Shown: one piece after another, positions 44,670 through 57,179 of the stretch
Layout of the letters: each line of letters begins with the position of its first letter
Position numbering within the stretch: position 1 is the first letter of the stretch
From: Octopus vulgaris
Taxonomy: Eukaryota
DNA length: 64,000 bases
Assembly (NCBI GenBank): GCA_951406725.2
Contig: OX597815.1
Location: 168,206,001-168,270,000 of the forward strand
Direction: 5' to 3'
Program-made: the position numbers and the translations under genes
The notes under the pieces: generated by a model
What the model saw: only the letters and a program-made list of their open reading frames with translations
Databases searched by the model: none
Told to the model about the DNA's origin: nothing

Positions 44670-45442
44670 ATTAAATAATTAAATTTAGAAAAATTAGAAG
44701 AAAAGTTTTTTTAAAGGAATATTTCTATAGTAGTGTTCAGATATAAGTGGCATTCTGCCTTTCTCTGACTCCCTTGTTTGCACTTGTGTGTTCGAGGTCG
44801 TTGTGAGTTCTTGGTAGGGTAGTAGAGGAAGAGGGCTGGTGAGGAAAGGGGGTGGGAGAATCTGGGAGTGCCCTGATGGTCGTATTTTGAATGGTCAGTG
44901 GCGGCTGGCAGTCTCAGTTCAATTCAGGAGAATATTTATATTGACAGGCTTGTTTATAGAATTAGCGTAGGTGTTATACTAAAAAACATTAGTGACAAAG
45001 TTAATGGGTAGGGGGTGGAGAAGTAGAAGAAGAAGAAGAAGAAGAAGAAGAAGAAGAAGAAGAAGAAGAAGAAGAAGAAGAAGAAGAAGAAGGAGAAGGA
45101 GAAGGAGAAGATGATGGTGATGGTGATGGTGGTGATGATTATGACGACGATGATGATGATAATGATGATGATGAAGAAGAAGAAGAAGAAGAAGAAGAAG
45201 GAGGAGGAGAAGGAGAAGATGGTGGTGATGATGGTGGTGATGATGATGACGACGATGATGATGATAATGATGATGATGAAGAAGAAGAGGAAGAAGAAGA
45301 AGAAGAAAAGAAAAACAGAGAAGGGAGAATATGAATGGGTGTAAATATAGCTATGAAGGGGCTGATTAGTAATGGATTCTATGGAGTGTAGTATTTGTGT
45401 GTGTATATATATTTTTTTCTTTTATTCTAAAGTTGAGGTATA

Positions 45443-45970
45443 TTAATTGTTTGTCGTAGACCCGTTAAGAAGTGGCTTGTATTTTGTAATAAAGAGATTT
45501 TCTTTACTTATTCTTTGTCTCGAGGTTGTATCGTCCCTAAATTGGTAGAGGGGGAAAATTCTGAAGTTTGGTGTTTTTTTGTTGGCGCAAGTATCTATGT
45601 GTTGGCTAAAAGCTATTTTTCTGTTTTGGGGAATTTTTATCTGGGATCTGTGCAGGGCCATTCGTTTACGCAAACCATTTTTTGTTTGGCCTATGTACTG
45701 CTCTTGACACCCGGAGCAGGTTAGTGAGTATATTAGGTTCTCCGAAGCACATGTGAAGTTGCTTTTCACTGTAAACCGTTGTCCCTGTTTGAAGGAGAAC
45801 TCTGATCCCTCAATAAGATAGTCGCATATCCCGCAATTGGGTCTTCCACATTTTTTTACTGTCGGCTTCTGTGTTGAAGAGTGAATTCGGGCTTGTGTAA
45901 GGAGACTTTTCATGGATCTAGGCTGTCTTTTGCTTTTTATGATCGTGTGTGTTTGGAGGATTGTGTTCAT
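45443..45970 (-). CDS. PLE C-terminal GIY-YIG endonuclease with a CxxxxCxxC linker
   Basis: KCGRPNCGIC linker, NLIYSLTCSGCQEQYIGQT (GIY-YIG), conserved R-H and H, terminal ENLFITKYKPLLN. Confidence 0.9.
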   Translation of the reverse strand: MNTILQTHTIIKSKRQPRSMKSLLTQARIHSSTQKPTVKKCGRPNCGICDYLIEGSEFSFKQGQRFTVKSNFTCASENLIYSLTCSGCQEQYIGQTKNGLRKRMALHRSQIKIPQNRKIAFSQHIDTCANKKTPNFRIFPLYQFRDDTTSRQRISKENLFITKYKPLLNGSTTNN

Positions 45971-47141
45971 TCTGTGGTCTTTTTTTTAGGAGGGGTATGT
46001 TGTGGAGGATGGTGTCGAAGGCTTCGTTATTGAGAGGGTTGTGTGTGGAGATGTATGGTAAGGCTTTTGGTTGTAAGTTTTTCTTGGATTTGGGATGTCT
46101 CAGTTCCTTGATGTTAAGTTGAAGGGCACGTTGAATGCACTTGTCAATAAGTGAAGGTGGATAGTTCCTGGTGATTAGGGTATCTTTTAGTTCTTGTAGT
46201 CGTGTGTCTCTGGTGTTTGCGTTAGAGACTATAGTGCATATCCTTTTTGCTAGATTGAAGGGGATATTCATCCTGGTGTGTCTGGGGTGGCATGAATTGA
46301 ATGGAAGATATTGCTTAGAGTCTGTAGGCTTATAGTATATGTCTGTTTCTATTATATTATTAGCTTTCTTAATGAGGATATCGAGGAAGGGGAGTTGTTG
46401 TTGGCTATATTCCATCGTGAATTGGATGTTTACGTCCAGTCCGTTTAAAATTTTCTGGAATTCTATGAGTTTTTCTATATTTTTATGCCAAAGGATGAAA
46501 CAGTCATCTAGATATCTCTTCCAGTTGTTTTCTATGTAGATGGAGAAAGGGCTGCCATATCTTTCTAGAACCTTACGATACAGACTGATCTCTAGGTATC
46601 CTATGACTAGGTTGGCAAAGGAGGGGGCCATTCGTGTACCCATCGCAGTCCCCGATTTTTGTCGGTAGAAGTTGTCATTGAAGGCGAAGAAGTTATTTTC
46701 CAGGATGAATTTAACCCCTTCTATCACAAATTCTTTTTTGATGCGGTGTGGTAGTTCGTTGGCGTGATTCTCTAGCCAGAATTGGATTGCCTCTAGTCCT
46801 AGGTTGTGGGGGATATTGGAGTAGAGGTTGACTGCATCGAAGGATACCAGTATGGTGTTTTTGTTTATAGTATTCGGTAGGTGATTGAGCATATCTAAGT
46901 CGTCCCTTATATAGCTTTTGACATGTTTGAGGAGTGGTTTTAACAGGGTGTCTAAAAAGTTACTGAGGCGGTGGGTTTCGCATGCGGGACCTGCTATTAT
47001 GGGTCTCAATTTGAGGTCATTAGGATTAGGGACTTTAATTATTTTGTCTGTAGCTATCTTGCATGCGTTGCTTATTTTTTCACTTTTGTGGATCTTAGGT
47101 ATACCGTAGAATTGGCTAGTTTTACTTGTGAAATTGGTCAT
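45918..47141 (-). CDS. Penelope-type reverse transcriptase (5'-truncated; frameshifts into the endonuclease ORF at an A8 run near 45980-45987)
   Basis: PLE RT motifs FYGIPKIHK, LRPIIAG, SFDAVNLYSNIP, QKSGTAMGTRMAPSFANL, RYLDD, LPFLDI, YYKPTD, SCHPRH. Confidence 0.92.
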   Translation of the reverse strand: MTNFTSKTSQFYGIPKIHKSEKISNACKIATDKIIKVPNPNDLKLRPIIAGPACETHRLSNFLDTLLKPLLKHVKSYIRDDLDMLNHLPNTINKNTILVSFDAVNLYSNIPHNLGLEAIQFWLENHANELPHRIKKEFVIEGVKFILENNFFAFNDNFYRQKSGTAMGTRMAPSFANLVIGYLEISLYRKVLERYGSPFSIYIENNWKRYLDDCFILWHKNIEKLIEFQKILNGLDVNIQFTMEYSQQQLPFLDILIKKANNIIETDIYYKPTDSKQYLPFNSCHPRHTRMNIPFNLAKRICTIVSNANTRDTRLQELKDTLITRNYPPSLIDKCIQRALQLNIKELRHPKSKKNLQPKALPYISTHNPLNNEAFDTILHNIPLLKKRPQNEHNPPNTHDHKKQKTA

Positions 47142-47282
47142 ATAATCATATTCTTTGTCGGTGAAAAGGTCTCAAAATGACCGAAACCGGTACTGAAATG
47201 TTCACTATAAAATTATTTTAGCATTTTCTATTTTTGACTTGTTTTTTCATATATATCAACTCGTGTGTTCCTTTTCACCCTT

Positions 47283-47351
<69 letters not shown>

Positions 47352-47369
47352 CATACATATATATATTGT

Positions 47370-47644
47370 TTGTTCCTCCTCGAGCCATGCCTGGCTAATT
47401 AAGGCCGGTTTCTCGGTTTCCTTGGCGTATAGGTTCCCCACCTGGACGGGACGCAGGGGCCGGTCTATCGCAGGTGAGCATCAAGATGCAGGAGGAAAGA
47501 GTGAGAGAAAGTTGTGGCGAAAGAGTCAGCAGAAGTTCGCCATTACCTTTTGCCGGAGCCGCGTGGAGTTTAGGTGTTACACTCATAAACACACACATCA
47601 CCCGGTCTGATATTCGAACCTGCGATCCCTCGACCATGTGCCTC

Positions 47645-47646
<2 letters not shown>
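47370..47646 (-). mobile_element. Family 3 SINE (head partly deleted)
   Basis: Similar to 41545-41755 and 59189-59475. Confidence 0.7.
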
Positions 47647-47691
<45 letters not shown>

Positions 47692-47693
<2 letters not shown>

Positions 47694-48045
47694 AGAAAAA
47701 AGCAACAAACATGGATCAATATTTCGGTACAATTGTTTCGTACGAAGACACCTTTATTAAGGCCGCAAATATTGCAGCAAATACACAAGGCCCGTACTCA
47801 TCAGCCGAAAAAACATCTACAAGTACGGGCCACGTGTATTTGCTGCAATATTTGCAGCCTTAATAAAGGTGTCTTCGTACGAAACAATTGTACCGAAATA
47901 TTGATCCATTTTTGTTGCTTTTTTCTTGCTTATAATCACCCCGCATTATCTTATGGTTAATACCATATAGATTTCTGGTGCATCTAAGTAAAGTACCTCA
48001 TTCATGTGAATTCAACAGAACTCACTTGAATCTTAATTACTTTTA
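47692..48045. mobile_element. TA-flanked hairpin element with HHR
   Basis: Arms about 47692-47798 and 47822-47928; extension to 48045 is homologous to about 50020-50120. Confidence 0.85.
47722..47810 (-). ncRNA. Type I hammerhead ribozyme (canonical)
   Basis: Minus strand: tttcgg CTGATGA GTAC...GTAC GAAA CAATTG TA ccgaaa. Confidence 0.9.
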
Positions 48046-48048
48046 CTG

Positions 48049-48104
<56 letters not shown>

Positions 48105-48119
48105 CATAAATATACATAC

Positions 48120-48150
<31 letters not shown>

Positions 48151-48151
48151 A

Positions 48152-48735
48152 ATCCTTAAAATCCTTAAAAATGTTTTAGCCCGAAGGCCGCGGCCATGCT
48201 GGGGCACCACCGTTGAATGAGCTACACTAGTTTGTGAATCCACCTCTGATACGTGGCACTTGATCAACAAGGGAGTTCGATGCTGCTGCCCGCATCCGTG
48301 TCTCCTGTCGTGAGGTAGGTTCATCTGGGACTCCCAACAAGAAGAGATCCAGTTTAGTTTTAAAGAAACCCACATCCACACCATGTAAGTCTCTCAGGCA
48401 TTTAGGGAGGATGTTAAAGAGCTGTGGTCCTCTGAAACCCAAGCTGTTGCAGTATCTGGACCTGTATTTTGATGGTGATGTTGGAATCCTTGGCACCACG
48501 CAGCGGCGCCCCGTTCTGCGGTTGGAGTAACTTTGAATGCCAAAGTTTGGGACAAGACCCTCCAGGATTTTCCAGATGTATATCACTGCATATCTCTCCC
48601 GCCTCCGCTCCAGGGAGAAGAGGTTTAATACCTTCAGTCTTTCCCAGTAGCTGACATTTTGCATTGAGACGATTTTCTTTGTGTAGCTTCTCTGAGTTGC
48701 TTCGAGTTCTGCTGTTTGTTTTATATTGTGTGGTG

Positions 48736-48738
<3 letters not shown>
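48152..48738 (-). mobile_element. CR1-group LINE, 3' fragment
   Basis: LEATQRSYTKKI...SYWERLKVLNLFSLERRRERYAVIYIWKIL; tail with (taaggattt) repeats; TA flanks. Confidence 0.85.
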
Positions 48739-48791
<53 letters not shown>

Positions 48792-49533
48792 TTAATAAGG
48801 ATATTTTAGTATTATCTATTAAATTACTGGTATGAATTTAACATTAAACGATGTAAGAATAACAAATATTTAATACGTATGGAGTGTTTTAATTATTAAC
48901 TTTTGGGTCATGGAATAGTGTAATTCACTCAAAATTAGTTATATTATTAGTTAAGTTCAATCGAGTTTGTTTTGTTTTGGAAAGAATAGAATATAAAAGT
49001 TTTCACTTTTATGTATATTAATAACTATGGAAAACTGCTGGGAATATTATCTGCATGGACTTCAAGGGCTAGGTTGCTATTTAGTTAGATAACTTAAGAG
49101 TTAGTTATATGTTTACTTATAGGATTAATTTACCGATAATGTTTTTGTACATAGAGTAAACGTGTTTCTTTGTTGTAGTTTAATAATAATGTTAGTGTTT
49201 AATCCTTCCTAGAATTAGGATTGAATGAGTGTGGTGATGTCTAAGGTATGTTTGTTCCCAAACAGCATTTATTTTAGTGCTGTTGATATTGCCGGATTGA
49301 ATGATACTGCCCAGGTGTCGAAACCATAGTGATATCCGTGAAGTAGCTAATGATGGAGGTATGTTGGATTATTGGCATGGTTGTTATTGTATGTGCAGAA
49401 TGGTTATATAAGACATTCATTTGATACATACATATATATATATATATAGTGTAATCCCATAACTAATGCGGTTTTTTAATGCTTTTTTATAAACAAGAGT
49501 ACACATTAGTATTTGCACACACACACACACACC

Positions 49534-49633
<100 letters not shown>

Positions 49634-49639
49634 TATAAA

Positions 49640-49931
49640 AGGACCACTCCGTCAGTTACGACGACGAGGGTCCCAGCTGATACGATCAATGGAACAGCTT
49701 GCTCGCGAAATTAACGTAAAAATAGCTGATACGTGTACCCTTAACGTAGTTCTCAAGGAGATTCTGCGTGACGCAGAGTGGGACAATGCTGGTCTTTTGC
49801 AATACAGGTACTACTCACTTTTACCAGCAGAGTGGACTGGAGCAACGTGAAATAAAGTGTCTTGTTTAAGGACACAACGTTTCACCAGGAATTGAACTCA
49901 CGATCGTGAACCGAATGCCCTAATGCGCCTT

Positions 49932-49935
<4 letters not shown>
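49640..49935 (-). mobile_element. tRNA-derived SINE related to family 3
   Basis: Shares cacgttgctccagtccactc on the minus strand; degenerate tRNA head near 49880-49935. Confidence 0.55.
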
Positions 49936-49985
<50 letters not shown>

Positions 49986-50119
49986 TCAAAAATAAGCAAC
50001 AAGATTTTTGCGTATCTTTTATTATAATCACCCCGCATATTTTTATGGGTAACACCATAATAAATTCTGGTGCATCTAAATTAAGTGCCATATTCATTTG
50101 AATCTAAATTGTTGCTGAA

Positions 50120-50198
<79 letters not shown>

Positions 50199-50259
50199 TT
50201 ATGTATGTATGTATGTATGTATGTATGTATATTTATTTATGTGTGTTTATATATACACA

Positions 50260-51410
50260 TTGGGTCATTCCATGAATAACGCGGTTTTTATATTTTTATT
50301 CTTCAAAATTAATATAAACGAAGTTCTTTTTTAGTCTAAAATATACTCTCCTTCATTGTCTGGAAGACTTGCAAGGCTCCTCTTCCAAAATTCACTTGTC
50401 CATGCCGAAAAATACTTCTCCAGTACTGTTCTGACCTCGTCTACGGAATTCATATTTTTCCGTCTAAATGATTTTGAGCGGAATAAATGAGAATCAGATG
50501 TCCGGCGAATATGGTGGGTGGGGCATTGTTTCTCATTCAAACTGCTCCAGCCTTTGGAATGTCATCTTCGCTGTACGTGGCTGAGCATACTTATGGAAGA
50601 ACACCTTTCGTCTTGAAACCAAAGATGGTCATTTTTCTTCGTGCGCTGACTTAAGCCGCTCAAACCGCTTCACAGTAGATCTCCTTTGTTAACGCTTGGT
50701 TTGGGTTTAAAAGTTCAAAGTGGACTAAACATTCCACATCTCACCAAACAGATAACAACACCTTCGGAATATGAAGACCTTTTTTAGCTTGGAGTACCAG
50801 TGTATTTCCTATTGTCTTCGACATTTGACATTTTTATAAACAGCCCATTTCTCATCACCAGCCACTATTCAGTTCAAAGGAGGATCATTCCTGAAACGTG
50901 ACAGCAAAAAAGAGCACACATTCACTCTCTGCACATGATTAGACGCAGAAAGTTTGTGAGGGACCCATTAACCCAATTTGCTGACTTTTCCGATTGCACG
51001 CAGGTGTCGATGAATGGTTGAATGACCAAATCCAAGCTTCTATGCTAGTTCCTCAACAGTTACCATGGGATTTTCTTCCACCAGGGTTTGCAGGACGTCC
51101 TCGTCGAGTGCTACAGATCTTTCAGGATGAGGCTCGTTTCTAGGCTGTAGTTTCCGGCTCGGAATTCCTGGAACCACCGTTTACATTGGATTACGCTTAT
51201 TCTCCATTCCCTATATACTACATTAATATTCCTCGCACTTTCTGTTGCGTTGTTGTCTTTATTGGACTCATAAAGCAAAATATGCCGAATATGCTCCTTT
51301 GTCACTTCCAATATAGCTTTGAAAAAAAAATAACTGATAATATCGAACTGCACTCTTCAAAACTTGGATTAAGAATAAATACAAGGCAAAATTACTACCT
51401 GCTTTTATAG
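50260..51410 (-). mobile_element. Decayed mariner transposon
   Basis: KEHIRHILLYE...ATESARNIN...RWFQEFRAGNYSLE (mariner HTH); remains of WVPH and TGDEKW; C-terminal SDSHLFRS...FWKR. Confidence 0.8.
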
Positions 51411-51442
51411 CAAGTTGATGCAGGTAGTTTATCCTGTTCATA

Positions 51443-51486
<44 letters not shown>

Positions 51487-51498
51487 TTATGGATTAAG

Positions 51499-51609
<111 letters not shown>

Positions 51610-51629
51610 ATTCTTTTGTTTTCTCGCTC

Positions 51630-51695
<66 letters not shown>

Positions 51696-52062
51696 CACTT
51701 ATTTAATTGTATTTATTTAGGAGTCGTCTTTTGAATAATATATAGCTGTCGTATTTCTAAATATTGTATTGCTAATACGTTGCATGGCTGCAATACAATA
51801 ACTGGTAAAAGACTAAATGAATAAAAACATATGAATAGCATACTCAATTTTGTTTCTTTATTTATTTATTTATTTTATAATTGCAACAATTGCCCTAGGA
51901 TATATTTACAAACATGCTCGACACAACTGAGTCTATAGTTACATCCTAGGCCCAGCTTCGCGTATACTCGCAACACGCACGCACATACACAAGCATATAT
52001 GTATAATATTGTTATACACGCACAAACACACACACACACACACACATACATACACACACACA

Positions 52063-52104
<42 letters not shown>

Positions 52105-52390
52105 CATATATTATTTTTTTTCGTTCTTATAGTGAAATAATTTGCTCCCATCTCAAGTGAAATAATTATTTTATATATTTATACAATACAATTTAAATTT
52201 ATTTATTCATATAATAATTGCTACATTTACCTAAGGATATTTACAAATATGCGTGACACGATTTCAGTTACAGCCTAACTCCCGCTCAGCTTTTACATAT
52301 GTATTTATATATTTACGCGCGCGCACGCGTACACACACACACACACACACGCCCCCCACACACACACACACACACAAAGCGTACCTATAT

Positions 52391-52466
<76 letters not shown>

Positions 52467-52539
52467 GTCTTTGAATTTTTTTCCGTTTTTGTAGCAAAAT
52501 AATTTTCTTTTATACTAAGATGCAATTCAAAACGCTTCA

Positions 52540-52968
52540 AACAAATTCTATCAGACGCGGTTGGCTTCCCGTCTCATCTAGAGCCAGCAGGTCTCGACCG
52601 CGTGGATGGTAAGCACCCCGAAGGAATAACCCGCTTTTCATTCGAGGGTGGTAGATCTCTAGTCTAGGACGCAACGTACAGCAACACGTTCGCCGGCTCC
52701 AATTTTGCAACATTGGCCGCAAACCCGGGTAGCGCCGTCCGTAACACGAGAAAAATCAATAAATACCAGCTGTTATCAGTTTGTACTTGTTGCCGTCGAA
52801 ATGTCAGGTGTTCTCGGACCCAGTACTACCTATTTCCTCCGCAAAATAAGGATAACGGCGGTCCGTCGGAAAAATGATCCCCGCGCGGTAGAATGGCTGC
52901 TGAAGCGAATGTCGCTGGCCATTCTCCGCGGCAACGCTATAACGGTCATTACCAAGGGACGCGGCTGA
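52540..52968 (+). mobile_element. CRE-type non-LTR retrotransposon, restriction-like endonuclease remnant
   Basis: Translates to EPAGLDRVDGKHPEGIT...GRSLV*DAT and FVLVAVEMSGVLG...LLKRMSLAILRGNA (matches RPDG / WD-T / PIAVETxG / QRxSxAIQRGNA). Confidence 0.72.
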
Positions 52969-53422
52969 GTATACCATTTGATCTGATGTATGCAGCCTAT
53001 CACCCCCTCTCCCTCCATCTTCTGCTGTTTTACCCCACTCCTTTTTCTCTCCTTTCTTTTCGTTTTTTATCTCCGTTTTTTCCTGCTTCTTTGAATTTAA
53101 ATGTTTTAATTTTAAAAATTTAATTAACTCAGCTAAACTAAAATAACTAAAGATGCAGTGACGTCACAAACTTTGCTACATCTTAATTTCTTCTTTCTCG
53201 TTTCGCGCTCCGTCTTCTCCAATCTTTTCACTCTCACCCTCTTTCTCTTGCGTGTATCTTTTTTATATATTTCTTTCTATCTATCTCTCAATTCCTCTCC
53301 CTTTTCTTCCCTCTACATCAACCATATTTTGCCCTTGGACCCCTTTGGTTCTTATTTAACTTTGATGGACTCCGTATTAGAAAATATCCTAATATATTTT
53401 ATTTTATTTTATTTTATTTTGC

Positions 53423-53830
53423 GCCCTTTTCAAGCCTAGCCAGGCTCATGGGCCCGGTTTTCCGGTTCCTATGGCGTATGTGTTCCCCACAGCTGAACGG
53501 GACGCCAGTCCATCGCAGCGTTACTTAAGAAACAAGGAAGAAAGAGTAACAGAAAGTTGGGGCGAAAGAGTACAACAGGGGTCGCCACCACCACCACCAC
53601 CATAGCTTAATGGTTAGGGAGTTGGACTCATGGTCGAAAGATTGTGGTTTCGATTCCTAGACCGGGTGATGCGTTGTGTTCTTGAGCAAAACATATTTTA
53701 CGTTGCTCGAGTCCACTCAGCTGGCAAAAAATGAGTAATCCTGCGACGGACCGGCTCCCGTCCAGGTGGGGAATATATACACCATGAAAACTGGGAAAAC
53801 CAGACCTATGAGTCTATATGACTCTGCAAG
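53423..53830. mobile_element. Two family 3 SINE pieces (53423-53600 - and 53605-53830 +)
   Basis: Similar to 59189-59475 and 61957-62205. Confidence 0.7.
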
Positions 53831-54183
53831 GAACGTTACTTTAGGAGTATAACTAATTTATTGCTCATAAGATTTAACCACAAAATATTATATTGATCTC
53901 AATTGAGAACCACTGCGCTACATCTTTCTCTATTCAAGTTACTTTTCTCAGCGTTACGCGAAAGATTGATAGGTAAGAACGTACTATTGTATTAAGATAT
54001 AGACTGGAGTACTCGAGCCATCAGTAATGACGGGAGTATTGTTGAAAATATACATGATGAAACTAATAATGAGAGTATGAGGATGCAAGTAAAAATGCCA
54101 AAATAACAGGAGAATAAGAAAATTATATTTATCAATCCCCAAGTAATATGCAGGTCAGGTTCGATTATTTTTAGTATGTACAA

Positions 54184-55053
54184 TACGAGAAGGTACCCAA
54201 TAGAAACCGGAATTTTGCAATATTATTTTATTCATTTAGTTTTACATGTTTACATTTTTATTGCCTTCAAAGTATTCTCCATTTGAAGCAATGCACCAGT
54301 TCAGGCGCATTTTCCACTATTCGAAGCCGTGCTAAAACACTTGCGAAGTGATGCCTTTTAACGCCTCCATCGTTGTTTTCTTCACCTCTTCTACATCTGC
54401 AAATTCCGTAGCGCCATCTTTCGTTACCTGTGACAACCTTCGAAATAAGTCCGGATCAACTTCCTTCTGTTCTTTCAGTTCACGACACGCATTCAGTCGT
54501 GACTGCTTTTGATCTTCCATGAGCAAGCGAAGCACAAATTTTGATACACCTCTTTTCATTCGCAATTCCTCGCTCAAAATTCGTTGACAGGAACTCCAGG
54601 ACACATTAGTCATATCAACAAGTTCGTCAATTGTTCGGTGATGGTCCTTCAAGATCAGTTCATGACTTTTCATGGTGTTTTCATTCGTTCGGGAGGTCGA
54701 CGGTCGTCCTGAATGAGATTAGTCTTCAAGCGACAAGTGACCATTCCTAAAGCGTGGAAACCACTCATAAACTTATGTTTTGTTCTTGGCAGCGTCCTTG
54801 TAAGCTGTTTGAAGCATGACAACTGTTTCGGCCGCCGTTTTTCCCAGCAGAAAACAGAATTTCATGGAAGCACGCTGTTCCTTCGTTTCAGCCATCGCAA
54901 AAATCAACGAACAGGGGAGAAGCACTGCAAAACAAAGACACACCACGTGGCAGCACGACTTCAGTCGATGATGCTGGTCGTCAGACTGATGCCTGAGGGT
55001 TGCATCAAGTGGCTTCTTGCAGCTGAAGCCTGAACTACAATGGGTTTGTCGTA
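54184..55053 (-). mobile_element. Internally deleted mariner transposon
   Basis: KFCFLLGKTAAETVVML...WFPRFRNG...SGRPSTS...SCQRILSEELRMKRGVSKFVLRLL; ends tacgag / gtcgta. Confidence 0.8.
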
Positions 55054-55623
55054 TATTGTAATTAATGATTCACTCGTTATTCTACATTATGTTATTTCCT
55101 ACGATAAATGCTCTACTTAATTTTACAAATTTTGTGCATGTATATGTATTCAAATCTACCACAATATATGCATATTTACACATGGGTACATGATCTTACA
55201 AACAAGTAACATACATTTTCTAAAGGTCTAATTTATGCAAAAGCTGTGCATTTGTAATATATTGACACATTCCGTGCAAAAGTTACGAGTGTACATAATT
55301 AGCATTATTATTCATATTCATAACAAAAGTTCCAGAACAATTTTTCTTGTAGAGACATGATGAGGCACAAACACACCTTGGCCTTCTAAATTTTCAATCT
55401 GTAATCTCAAATTATACCTGATTTTTTTTTCTACTTAAATCAAGTAATACATGCATGCGGTGCAGTAATAATGCATGCAGTGTAGGTTAAAGCTGAATAC
55501 ATTATGCCTCTCTGTAAGTTGACTATAAAAGGTAATAGTGGAATACAATGGGATATATGAAATTGAATAACTAGTAGTGGAATAAGTGCATATGCATGTA
55601 CATATAGTGTATTAACCATATTT

Positions 55624-55694
<71 letters not shown>

Positions 55695-56969
55695 TGGTAA
55701 CCTAATTAAAGAACAACCATATTTGCAAGCACTTCCATCTAACTGCATATGTAATCACGATATACATGTCGTGAACGTTCTTGTTGCTTTCTCTGGTCGA
55801 ATAGACCTTTCGTCAGTGGTGATTCAGTCGTGACCGCCCCATTATTTATCTATTTATTTATTTCGGCTAAGTGGTGCATCGAAGGTTACATTTCTTGGTT
55901 TATAAATCTATAGAGACTTGGCTGCCATTTCCACCAAATATTCTTCAATGGTTTCTTGATATAAATGCCATTTTTTTAAATAGTGGTATGTACCTTTCTG
56001 ATTTTGTATTTGATTTACATGATTCTTAATGTGAAATAGTATGTTGAAATAAATATTGTTATACTTTGGGACGATCATGCTGCCAATGAAATACATGCAC
56101 TGGTTGTATTGTACTTCAGTTTTACAGCAAAAAGTGAAGAACAAGGTATGGATGATAGTGAGAAAAATCATGTGAAAGAGGTGCACCATCATTAATAGAG
56201 TCACAGGTTGTGACGAAAATACTTTAACAAACCAATTAATCAGTTTATTGATTTATTTATTTATTAACTAATATTAAAGCTGAAGTGAAATATAGCTCGT
56301 GCGTATGTTTTTTATTAGTATACAATTTTATCTATAGAGTTTGTGTATTTGCTGTTTCTAATGTAGTCGACTCAAATTTGCTGGTAAATGGTCGCCAGTC
56401 AATATACCTGAAGATATGTTCAGTCACCATTTTGATTATCAAGTGGGATAGAAAAAAATTCTCTTGTTGGAAAATGATTTCGTTTCTATATTGAAAGATG
56501 GTCAAATCTTCGTCATATCTTGTTGATATCTGATATTGCTGGATAACGGAGTAAGTGAAGCATGTTTAGGAGAAGAGTGAAGTAAAGACGCAACGAGTAA
56601 AAAAAAAAAGAGAGAAACAACAGCAGAAACGAAATGTAAAGAGGAGAGAAGTGAGATAATGGTGGAAGAATAGTAAGAGACATACAAAAAGAAAGGGGTA
56701 ATATAATAAAATAGAAAGTTGACGGAGAAAACATCGGTGGACATTTCCAATATAAAGACATTGTTAAACAAGCTATTATCATCTGATATATGACCTTTGC
56801 CATAGACAAAGTATAACCTAATGCTCTTTGTCTTTGTCCTTCTGGAATATGTCAAGCAGTGTTAAATATCGAAACTAATTCAGTACTGAAACATATAATC
56901 CTTCGTGTGTATGTATATATATATACACACACGCGCGTGTATGTGTGTGAGTGTGTGAGGGCATGTATG

Positions 56970-57016
<47 letters not shown>

Positions 57017-57179
57017 GTATATATATGGAAGGAGAAAGTGATGTGATCATTCATATATTTGTAAGTATATAAGTGTGTGGGTTTTTGAGTGGGGGTGTAC
57101 ATGCAAACATAGTAATGATACTATTATGTATATATACTTAAAAATATGCCTGTGCATAGTTGTGCGCATACATACATAC

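Larger units (their letters stand above)
44574..47248 (-). mobile_element. Penelope-like retroelement (Neptune/Naiad-type), 5'-truncated, with an inverted copy of its own 3' end, inserted in (TA)n
   Basis: RT ORF followed by a Cys-linker/GIY-YIG ORF on the minus strand; 47162-47248 is the reverse complement of 44574-44660; TA repeats at both flanks; HHR in the 3' terminal region. Confidence 0.93.

Noticed and set aside
45028-45344. Poly-Met/Lys/Glu ORF at 45111-45344
   Set aside because: Trinucleotide repeats antisense to the PLE 3' UTR
45443-47141. Selenocysteine-encoding (Naiad-like) PLE
   Set aside because: No in-frame TGA at the conserved cysteines and no SECIS recognised
48790-49415. 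Possible highly decayed PLE RT (IHKSE-like peptide on the minus strand) and HHR-like motif near 49290-49340
   Set aside because: Only a few residues match, with many stops; not supportable by eye
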